DNA of 64,000 nucleotides from an uncultured bacterium. Its GTDB lineage: Bacteria; Krumholzibacteriota; Krumholzibacteriia; LZORAL124-64-63. The stretch covers positions 22,856 to 86,855 of the forward strand of contig CAVSGO010000004.1 in NCBI GenBank assembly GCA_963727525.1, read 5' to 3'. Shown piece by piece: positions 54,333 through 64,000 of the stretch (positions are counted from its first letter, which is position 1; every line of letters begins with the position of its first letter). Made by a program: the position numbers and the translations under genes. The notes below the pieces were generated by a model. The model saw only the letters and a program-made list of their open reading frames with translations. It did no database searches and was not told where the DNA came from.

Positions 54333-55038
54333 CACGCGTCGTGACGAGAATGCAGGCGCCGCTCGTGGCGGCGTCGAACGGAGTGCCGGCGAAATCGCCG
54401 AGCTGGGCGGTCACCGTCAGTCCGGCCGCCTCGTGGCGAGCGGCGAGTTCGGCCCCGGTGTGCGGCCAGAGCGTCTCGTTCCCGGCGAAGAGCACGTGTG
54501 CGCCATCGCGCAGCTCGGTGCGAAAGGCCACGGCGCTGTCGCCGCGCGGTTCGTAGCGGCGACGGAAGACGAGGCCGCCACCCACGTCGAGGTCGGGGAA
54601 ATCGTAATGGTCGACGAGCGGGAGCAGGCGGTCGAAGTTCACCGTCTGCACGAGCCACGGCGCACCGGGCACGAGCAACGCGGCCAGGTCGTGCAGTGCG
54701 CGGTCCTGGTCGGACGGTGCGAGGTGTGGCCACACGTTGCCGATGCAGTAGGCCCCCTGGAGCGGACCATCGAGGGAGCCGACGGCGCGCAGGTCGAGCG
54801 TCCGGAACGCCGCGCTCGGGTAGCGCGCCCGGGCGGCTGCGATCATCGCGTCATCGAGGTCCACGCCGAGCGCCGCGAGACCGCTATCCGCCAAGCGCCC
54901 GCAATAGTGCCCGGGGCCGCACCCGGCGTCGAGCACGGCGCCGCATTGCGGCAGATGCTCCCGCAGAAATGCGAAGGTCTTCTCGCGCAGCGGGAAGACC
55001 TTCTCGTAATGGGTGGCGAAATCGGCGTAGAACGACAT
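54316..55038 (-). CDS. Class I SAM-dependent methyltransferase
   Basis: VLDAGCGPG, GVDLD, YCIGNVWPHL. Confidence 0.88.
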   Translation of the reverse strand: MSFYADFATHYEKVFPLREKTFAFLREHLPQCGAVLDAGCGPGHYCGRLADSGLAALGVDLDDAMIAAARARYPSAAFRTLDLRAVGSLDGPLQGAYCIGNVWPHLAPSDQDRALHDLAALLVPGAPWLVQTVNFDRLLPLVDHYDFPDLDVGGGLVFRRRYEPRGDSAVAFRTELRDGAHVLFAGNETLWPHTGAELAARHEAAGLTVTAQLGDFAGTPFDAATSGACILVTTRAIPPA

Positions 55039-55042
55039 GCGC

Positions 55043-56722
<1,680 letters not shown>

Positions 56723-57001
56723 GGACGACCTCGGTCTCGTGAGTGACGGATGGACAACCGGTTGGTGCCGGCGTGGGAGCCATATGGTCGGTCAGAGGCG
56801 GGCTGGCGTCAAGGTGGCGACGATTGGCGTCGGGACAGACGCCAATTTGAGGATAAAAAATAAAAAAAACACCAAATATGAAGCATGACCTGTGTTAAGA
56901 TTATCAATGTTCGTTGCGACAACCCGTCGCGTGTCGGGGCCGGCGTCCTGCCGGCGTGCCCGGACCTGGGGGGCTAACAACCCGTGCAAGGAGTGAACAC
57001 G

Positions 57002-57934
57002 ATGCAGAAGTCTATCGCGATTCTTCTATTGGTCCTGCTGGCCGTGCCGGCCTTTGCCGAGAAGCCGAAGTCGAATGAGGTATACGTGCCGGGAGCGCCG
57101 CACCTGACGCTCGCGGTCATCGCCGAGGTGGAGCCGAACGACGACGCCGCGACCGCCAGTGGGCCGCTCGGCGCCGGCGACCAGGGTACCGGCACGATCG
57201 ATCCGGCCCTCGAGGTCGACTACTGGACTCTCAATATCGACGCCACGGGAACCTGGATCCTCGGCACCGATGCGGGCGCGGATCCGGCAATGGGCGACTC
57301 CAAGCTGTACCTGTTCGATTCCGATGGTGTCACCCAGCTCGCGTTCGACGACGACGGCGGGCCGGGCCTGTACTCCCAGATTACGTTCAACTTCGCAGCC
57401 GCCGGCACCTATTACCTCGAGGTTGTGCCCTACGGTAGCTCGAATGTGGGCAGTTACGTCCTGGACGTTGCCGCTCCCGTTGCCGCTCCCGAGAACGACA
57501 CCTGCGCGGGCGCCATCGCCATCGTGCCCGAGGCCGGTTTCTCGGTCGCCATCAGCACGGTGGGCGCCAACAACGACTACTCGCCGGTGGCTCCCAGCTG
57601 CACCGGCTACAGCGCCGATGGCGCCGACGTGGTGTACACGGTGGAGCTGGAGCCCACCGAGGACATCACGCTTTCGTGGACGACCGTGGGCTTCGACGGG
57701 TCGCTGTACGTGGTGACCGATTGCGATGACCTGACGACCTGCGTCGCCGGTGCCGATGCCGCGGGGACCGGTGGGACCGAGGTCGTGTCGTTCACGAACG
57801 ACACGAGCACGACGAACGTGTACTACATCATCTGCGATGCGTACTCGGGCACGGGCGACGGTACGCTGACCGTGGATGAGACGGTGGCGACCGAGCCCGC
57901 GAGTTGGGGTAGCGTGAAGTCGCTATACCGCTAG
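57002..57934 (+). CDS. Secreted PPC-like/beta-sandwich protein with C-terminal SWGSVKSLYR motif
   Basis: RBS AAGGAG; signal peptide; EVEPND, AFDDDGG..LYSQI, APENDTCAGA, Cys-containing second domain. Confidence 0.8.
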   Translation: MQKSIAILLLVLLAVPAFAEKPKSNEVYVPGAPHLTLAVIAEVEPNDDAATASGPLGAGDQGTGTIDPALEVDYWTLNIDATGTWILGTDAGADPAMGDSKLYLFDSDGVTQLAFDDDGGPGLYSQITFNFAAAGTYYLEVVPYGSSNVGSYVLDVAAPVAAPENDTCAGAIAIVPEAGFSVAISTVGANNDYSPVAPSCTGYSADGADVVYTVELEPTEDITLSWTTVGFDGSLYVVTDCDDLTTCVAGADAAGTGGTEVVSFTNDTSTTNVYYIICDAYSGTGDGTLTVDETVATEPASWGSVKSLYR

Positions 57935-57952
57935 TCTCGCACGCCTTCTAAC

Positions 57953-59175
57953 GTGCCACGAAGAATGTTGACGGGTCCAGCGCTTGCCTGGACCCGTCTT
58001 CATGAACATCAAAACACTCACTTCATGCCCTACGCTTCCTCCCCACTGCCCCAACCCTAACTGCAAATACCACAAGCCTCAGCCGCAACCCTGGCCCTTC
58101 GCGCTCTTCGGCACCTTCTCCCGAAAATCCCCACCCTACACCGTCCAACGCTACCTCTGCCTGGCCTGCGGCAGGACCTGCTCAGACCAGACCTTCCGCA
58201 CCACATACTGGCTCAAACGCGCCGATCTCCTGCCCAAGGTCCATAAGCACGCCGTCTCAGGTGCCGCCAATCGCCAGATCGCCAGGCTCCTCGACACCTC
58301 GCCGACGACCGTCGACAACCTCCTCGCCCGCCTCGGCCGACACTGCATCCTCTTCCATCGACACCTGGTGTCCCAGGCGTCACCCTTCGTGGACATCGCC
58401 ATCGACGGGCTCGTCACCTTCGAGCACTCCCAGTATTTCCCCTACGAGATCGTCGCGGCCGTCGATCGCCGCTCCAGCTTCATCATCCACTTCGCCGAGG
58501 CCGAGCGACGACGCAGCGGGGCGATGACCGACGAGCAGAAATGGAAACGGTCCCTCTTTGAACAAAACTATGGCCGGCCGGACCCCAGGTCGTTGATGCG
58601 GGCGCTGCTCGAGGTGCTCTCGGTCTCGCTCGACGGCGCCACCGAGGCCCACATCTGGAGCGACAAGCACAAGACCTATCCCTACGCGATCGCGAAGCTA
58701 CGGTATTGCAAGGTGATCCACGAGACGATCGACTCCCGTCAGCCGCGGACGAGTCGCAACCCGTTGTTCGAGGTCAACTTGCTGGACATGTTGCTGCGGC
58801 ATTGTCTGAAAGACCACACGCGGGAGACGATCGCGTTCGGGAAGCGACGCCAGCATTCGATCTACCGGCTGGCGATCTTCCTGGTGTGGCGCAACACGAT
58901 CAAGTTGCGTCGGGAGAAGCGGTGCTGGAGCACGCCGGCGATGCAGATCGGGATCGCCACGAAGCCTTTGACCGAGGAGGAGGTGTTGTCTCGGCGGCTG
59001 TTCGTGTCGCATATCGAGTTGCCGCCGTTGTGGGATGACTACTACTGGCGACGGGTCGAGACGCGGCCATTGAAGGTGAACCGGAGGCACAAGCTGACGT
59101 ACGCCGCGTAGTGAGAAAGTCGGGCCTAGCGGGCGAGATCTCGGTGCGAAACCTCGTCAACATTCTTCTTGGCAC
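57953..59175 (+). mobile_element. Insertion sequence (IS1-like), 1223 bp
   Basis: TIRs GTGCCACGAAGAATGTTGACG (57953-57973) and its reverse complement at 59155-59175 with 1 mismatch; AAC on both flanks; single transposase ORF. Confidence 0.85.
58002..59111 (+). CDS. IS1-like transposase (Zn ribbon, HTH, RNase H-like catalytic domain)
   Basis: CPNPNC...QRYLCLAC; RQIARLLDTSPTTV HTH; IAIDG, IWSDKHKTY, LLRH...RETIAFGK, TPAMQIG. Confidence 0.75.
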   Translation: MNIKTLTSCPTLPPHCPNPNCKYHKPQPQPWPFALFGTFSRKSPPYTVQRYLCLACGRTCSDQTFRTTYWLKRADLLPKVHKHAVSGAANRQIARLLDTSPTTVDNLLARLGRHCILFHRHLVSQASPFVDIAIDGLVTFEHSQYFPYEIVAAVDRRSSFIIHFAEAERRRSGAMTDEQKWKRSLFEQNYGRPDPRSLMRALLEVLSVSLDGATEAHIWSDKHKTYPYAIAKLRYCKVIHETIDSRQPRTSRNPLFEVNLLDMLLRHCLKDHTRETIAFGKRRQHSIYRLAIFLVWRNTIKLRREKRCWSTPAMQIGIATKPLTEEEVLSRRLFVSHIELPPLWDDYYWRRVETRPLKVNRRHKLTYAA

Positions 59176-59220
59176 AACTCATCGCTTGCGCCGGCGCGGG
59201 CGAGCGGCGATGCTCCGCGC

Positions 59221-59691
59221 ATGATACGCACCCTTCCAGCTGTGATGGTCCTGGCCCTCGCCGGCTGCGCCGCCGGACCGCGGCCGCTCGACCTGGCCGC
59301 GCCATCCGCGGTCGAGGAGCTGGCCGGCGTGTTCGCGGCGGTCGGTCTCGCCACCCACGTGATCGACGACACGTCACTCGTGCTCGCCCGCGAGGTGCAC
59401 ACCGACCACAACGTGATCGTCTTCATCGAGAATGGTGGGCAGTCGCTGCAGGCCGTACTGGCGTGCCCGTGGCGGACGGCGGCGGTCGATATGAGACGGA
59501 TCGCGCGGTGGAACGCTACGCGTCGGTTCGGACGCGCCTATCTCGACGAGGACCGCAAACCCGTGCTTGCAGCCGACCTCGCCCTCGATCCCACCGTGAC
59601 ACGCGCCACCGTGCAGGCGTGGGGGCAGCTCGTGCTCGACCTCGCTGACCAGTTCGTTCTCGACGTGTGGCCGCCGAGGTCGAGCGGCTAG
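59221..59691 (+). CDS. YbjN-like domain lipoprotein
   Basis: LAGC lipobox; WNATRRFGRAYLDED...LAADL. Confidence 0.7.
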   Translation: MIRTLPAVMVLALAGCAAGPRPLDLAAPSAVEELAGVFAAVGLATHVIDDTSLVLAREVHTDHNVIVFIENGGQSLQAVLACPWRTAAVDMRRIARWNATRRFGRAYLDEDRKPVLAADLALDPTVTRATVQAWGQLVLDLADQFVLDVWPPRSSG

Positions 59692-60290
59692 GTCACCGGC
59701 ATCCGCAGGATCGTCTTCAGTTTCTCCGGCGCCACGCGCCGCGCGTCCGAGAGGTAGATCTCGTGGTGCTGGCCGTGGGGTGTCAGGCCATGCTCGCGCA
59801 CGAAGGCATGCATGCGTTCCACCGTGGCCGGTTCGTCGCTGTAGCGCCCTGCGTGGAGCACCTGGACGCAGCGCCCCTCGGTGAGGTCGACGAGCACGGC
59901 GTCGGCGGCCTCGGCGATCGACTTCTTTGCGATCACCTTCTCGCGAGCATCGCTAAGCTCCTCCTCGCCGATGAACTCGGGAATGCGCATCAGCAGGCGC
60001 CAGCGCCACTCATCGCGCGGCACGGTTTGCCACTGCTGCGGATCGCCATCCACCCACCACTGCCCCTCGAGCTTGGGCACCGTGTAGTCGCCGCGGCCGG
60101 CGGCCTTGTACGTCATCTTCATCGTGTAGGCCAGGGCGTATAGCGCGCCCACCTTGGCTGTGAACTCGTCGCCGCCGGGGGCACCACGGCCCTCGAGCGT
60201 GAGGTAGCGGGCTGGACCCACGTCGACCACGACAGGTTCGCGCGGCGTCACGTATTCAGACTTGTGCGTCTTGAAGAGATCGAGAGCCAT
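59688..60290 (-). CDS. GyrI-like small-molecule binding protein
   Basis: YLTLEGRGAP, DYTVPKLEGQWW, EGRCVQVLHAGRY, HHEIYLSD, LKTILR. Confidence 0.85.
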   Translation of the reverse strand: MALDLFKTHKSEYVTPREPVVVDVGPARYLTLEGRGAPGGDEFTAKVGALYALAYTMKMTYKAAGRGDYTVPKLEGQWWVDGDPQQWQTVPRDEWRWRLLMRIPEFIGEEELSDAREKVIAKKSIAEAADAVLVDLTEGRCVQVLHAGRYSDEPATVERMHAFVREHGLTPHGQHHEIYLSDARRVAPEKLKTILRMPVT

Positions 60291-60477
60291 CGTCAGTCCT
60301 CCAGGGGCATGAAGATGTCGGTGGGCATGTCTGCAGAATCGTCTCACGCATGCAACGACGATAGCGTATGGGCTCGCGGCGTGCTTGTCCGATCTTGCGC
60401 ATTCTACGGTCGGCACGAGCGGTCCGCCGTGTTACAATTGAACAGGTATTACTGCACGATAGTCGGGGGAGTCGACC

Positions 60478-61122
60478 ATGTTCGTCCGGATTGCCAGGCT
60501 TATCGCGATATTCGTAGTGTTGAGCGCGGCGGGCATCGCATTGGCCGCGCCGCAGATACGCATCGCGGCCCTCGGCAACTACGACATGCCGTACGGACGC
60601 TACTTCGATGGCCTCGGCCATGGCACCGGCCGCGGGGCCGAGATGACGCTGGCGTGGAACCCGCGCACGTCGCTGGTGATCGCCGTGGCGGACGTCTCGC
60701 TCGAAAAGGTGCGGGGCCACCTGGAGCCTGACGGGCCCTTGGATCCCGTCGTCCTGGAGAACCGGACGACGCTCGATGCCACACGGGTCGTCGTGGCCAT
60801 GGAGGCGGAACGGTCGTTCGCGCCCGGCAGCGCGCTCTCGCCGCTCTTCTACGTACGGTTGGGCGCCGGCGCCATCAAGCACGAGTTCGCGGTCACCTAT
60901 GTCTACGAGCACGACGAAGTGCACGACGACGAGCCCGAGCGACACCATCGAGACTCCGTACAGCCGCTCACGAGCATGGGTCTCGGTCTCATCGTGCGTC
61001 CGCTGCCTGTGCTGGGCGTGATGGTGTCGGCCGACGCGGACGCCATCTTCATGGGCACCTCGCTCACCACCGACCTCGCCTGGATGCTTAGCCTGCACGC
61101 CGGCGCGGTCGTCTGCTTCTAG
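60478..61122 (+). CDS. Putative small outer-membrane beta-barrel protein
   Basis: Signal peptide; amphipathic beta strands; C-terminal Phe. Confidence 0.55.
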   Translation: MFVRIARLIAIFVVLSAAGIALAAPQIRIAALGNYDMPYGRYFDGLGHGTGRGAEMTLAWNPRTSLVIAVADVSLEKVRGHLEPDGPLDPVVLENRTTLDATRVVVAMEAERSFAPGSALSPLFYVRLGAGAIKHEFAVTYVYEHDEVHDDEPERHHRDSVQPLTSMGLGLIVRPLPVLGVMVSADADAIFMGTSLTTDLAWMLSLHAGAVVCF

Positions 61123-61160
61123 TCACCGCACGAGCACCCTGCGCCGGGTCGCCGCGCGGA

Positions 61161-61496
61161 TCAGTCCGAATGGTCAGGCCTGTGGATCGCGATGCGGCAG
61201 TCCTCGAGCGTGACCAGCCCCTCGCGGAAGTTCGTCTCGAGCCAGGGCAGGAAGTCGGCCAGCCGCGCAGCCTGGTCGACGATCTCGATGACGAACGGCA
61301 GGTCCTCGCTCAGGCGCAGGATCTTGGTGGTGTGCACTCGGCTATGGGCGCCGAAGCCCGCCACGCCCTTGAGCACGGTGACGCCGGCGAGGCCGCGGGC
61401 GCGGGCCTCCTTGAGGATCTCCTCCCACAGCGGATGCCCGCTGGGGGCCTTGTCGCGCTCGCCGAGGTAGATGCGCATGCGCTGGGCGTCGGCCAT
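61161..61496 (-). CDS. DUF190 (PII-like) protein
   Basis: RIYLGERD, GLAGVTVLKGVAGFG, LRLSEDLP; downstream of crcB. Confidence 0.9.
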   Translation of the reverse strand: MADAQRMRIYLGERDKAPSGHPLWEEILKEARARGLAGVTVLKGVAGFGAHSRVHTTKILRLSEDLPFVIEIVDQAARLADFLPWLETNFREGLVTLEDCRIAIHRPDHSD

Positions 61497-61515
61497 GGGA
61501 TACCTCCGGGGCGCG

Positions 61516-61890
61516 TCAGAGCGCCCGGCCAAGCGCCAGTCCGGCCACCACGAGGCCGAGGCCGGCGACGATCTGCACGGCGACGTTCAGCAGCGTCGCC
61601 GCGATCTGGCCCTGCTGCAGCAGGGCCGCGCTCTCGAACGCGAAGGTGGAGAACGTGGTGAAGGCGCCGAGAAAGCCGGTGAGTACGGCCAGGCGTAGCT
61701 GGGGCGCCAGGCCGATGCGGTTCTCAAGTGCGCCAGCCACCACTCCGAAGATCAGGCAGCCGATCAGGTTCACGGCCAGCGTGCCGAGGGGGAAGCTGCC
61801 GCCGCTCGCGCGCTGTACCAGACCGCCCACCGCATAGCGCGACAGGGCGCCCAGGGCGCCGGCGGCGGCGATGGCGAGGATGGTGGCCAC
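61516..61890 (-). CDS. crcB: Fluoride channel CrcB/Fluc
   Basis: GALGALSRY, FPLGTLAVN, GFLGAFTTFSTF. Confidence 0.93.
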   Translation of the reverse strand: MATILAIAAAGALGALSRYAVGGLVQRASGGSFPLGTLAVNLIGCLIFGVVAGALENRIGLAPQLRLAVLTGFLGAFTTFSTFAFESAALLQQGQIAATLLNVAVQIVAGLGLVVAGLALGRAL

Positions 61891-62038
61891 GTTCTCCCGG
61901 TCCTTTCGTGTGGGCGAGTTCGTACTCCAGGGAACAACGGCGGCGCTCATCTGTCAAAGGCCCGGATTGTGGACATCCAAGTCCATCGATGGCATATTGC
62001 GAGGGTGCCCGCACGTCACCCTCTCGGAGGAAACCGTC

Positions 62039-62803
<765 letters not shown>

Positions 62804-62806
<3 letters not shown>

Positions 62807-62831
62807 ACCCAGTCTACTGAACTCAGTCTAC
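62804..62831 (+). repeat. 14-bp tandem direct repeat
   Basis: TGAACCCAGTCTAC / TGAACTCAGTCTAC. Confidence 0.8.
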
Positions 62832-62846
62832 TGGTCCCGGAGGATC

Positions 62847-64000
62847 ATGGTGACTCGTACGCTCGCGGCCGCGCTCGGCGGTCTGTTGCTCGCTGCCGGC
62901 ATGGCGCAGGCGTTGCCGCCGGCGGAGACGCCGTCGGATTTGGCGCTCGATCCCACGTTCGTCGAGCCCAGTCCGAACATCGAGACGCTGCGGCTGGAGA
63001 ATGGCCTGCGCGTGGTACTCATGCCCAACCTCGCCCAGCCCATGGTGGGCGCCTACGTGCAGGTGAACGTGGGCTCGGCGCACGAGGATTTTTCCACCAG
63101 CGGCATGAGCCACATGCTCGAGCACCTGCTCTTCAACGGCACCGACGCCTATACCCAGGAGGAGCTTTACGCCGCCGCCGACCTCGCTGGGGCCTACAAC
63201 AACGCGCACACCACCGACTTCTACACGGATTTCATGATGGTATTGCCGGCTGACCGGCTCGAGACCGGCCTGAAGATCCAGTCGCAGATGCTCTTCCACT
63301 CCACACTGCCCACGGAAAAGTTCGCCAAGGAGCAGGGCATCGTGCTGGGAGAGCTGGTGTCCGATCGCGACGATCCCCGGCACCAGATGGAAACAGCGAT
63401 CCGCGAGGCCCTTTACGACGGCACCAGCCTCGCGATGCCCACGCTCGGCACGCGTGCCACCATCGCCAACCTGAACCGCGACGATGTGTTTGCCTTTTAC
63501 AAGCGCTGGTACGTGCCCAACAACATGACGCTCACCCTGGCCGGTAACTTCGATCGCGACGGTGCCCTGGCCCTGCTGCGCAAGTACTACGGCGAGGTGG
63601 CCCCGGCGCCGCTGCCCGACGCCGAGCTGAAGACGCTGCCGCCGTTGCTGGACACGACCACGCTCGTGCGCCGCGCCGGGCATGAGCGGACGCTGGTGCT
63701 GGCCTTCGAGGCGCCTGAGTACGGCAGCCACGACTACGCGGCGTTCCTCGTGGCCACCGAGTTGTTGCACGCCGACGCCGACGGCATCCTCGCGCGCGCC
63801 CTCGACGGGCTCGACACGTCGATCCGTCCCGATGTCGACACCTGGTGGCAAGCGGCGCCGGGCTTCGGCCGTCTTATGTTCCAGTTCACGCTCACCGACG
63901 GCTTCGCCGCCGACGAGGCCTACCGCTTCGTGCAGAACGCGGTGACGGCGGCGCTCGAGGCGGGGCTCACCGCGGACGACGTGGCCCAGGTCGTGATCGA
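62847..64000 (+). CDS. M16 (insulinase/pitrilysin) peptidase, 3' end beyond the window
   Basis: Read manually, absent from the ORF track: RBS GGAGG, signal peptide, LENGLRVV, GSAHE, HMLEHLLFNG (HxxEH), WYVPNNM. Confidence 0.9.
   Translation, partial: MVTRTLAAALGGLLLAAGMAQALPPAETPSDLALDPTFVEPSPNIETLRLENGLRVVLMPNLAQPMVGAYVQVNVGSAHEDFSTSGMSHMLEHLLFNGTDAYTQEELYAAADLAGAYNNAHTTDFYTDFMMVLPADRLETGLKIQSQMLFHSTLPTEKFAKEQGIVLGELVSDRDDPRHQMETAIREALYDGTSLAMPTLGTRATIANLNRDDVFAFYKRWYVPNNMTLTLAGNFDRDGALALLRKYYGEVAPAPLPDAELKTLPPLLDTTTLVRRAGHERTLVLAFEAPEYGSHDYAAFLVATELLHADADGILARALDGLDTSIRPDVDTWWQAAPGFGRLMFQFTLTDGFAADEAYRFVQNAVTAALEAGLTADDVAQVVI

Noticed and set aside
56823-56910. 9-bp inverted repeat and A-tract between ettA and the PPC-like gene as an ncRNA
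   Set aside because: Adequately explained as a divergent promoter region; no further structure seen.
61891-62038. Fluoride riboswitch upstream of crcB
   Set aside because: I could not find the GATGG...GCTGATGAC-type consensus on the minus strand; an Rfam scan would settle it.

Overview
GC-rich bacterial chromosomal region with about 58 CDS. I saw no rRNA, tRNA or CRISPR. Secreted proteins with PNPFNP...RK FlgD-Ig/T9SS-like tails and [ST]WGxVKxx[YF] tails suggest an FCB-related candidate phylum such as Krumholzibacteriota, Latescibacterota or Eisenbacteria (inference). Main content: (i) a phosphate-acquisition hub with two architecturally different pstSCAB operons, phoB-phoR-phoU-porin and a 5'-nucleotidase, with matching ~11-bp-periodic Pho-box-like repeats upstream of both pstS genes and phoB; (ii) a receptor-less chemosensory locus with a sigma54-type promoter before cheA(two Hpt)-cheW-cheD-HDOD-cheY-cheX-cheB and a convergent sigma28-type promoter before cheY-(CheX)2-CheX-like; (iii) many exported peptidases (M48, S8, S49, M14, M16, NlpC/P60); (iv) housekeeping genes (trmJ, rlmD, thiI, ettA, tpiA, ahpC, crcB); (v) a 1223-bp IS1-like element with 21-bp TIRs, a 3-bp target duplication and subterminal hairpins. 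The best novelty candidates are the short C-terminal WGxVK putative sorting signal, the atypical IS, and a uORF/anti-SD leader upstream of an ACT-domain gene. All calls come from motif recognition by eye, not database searches.
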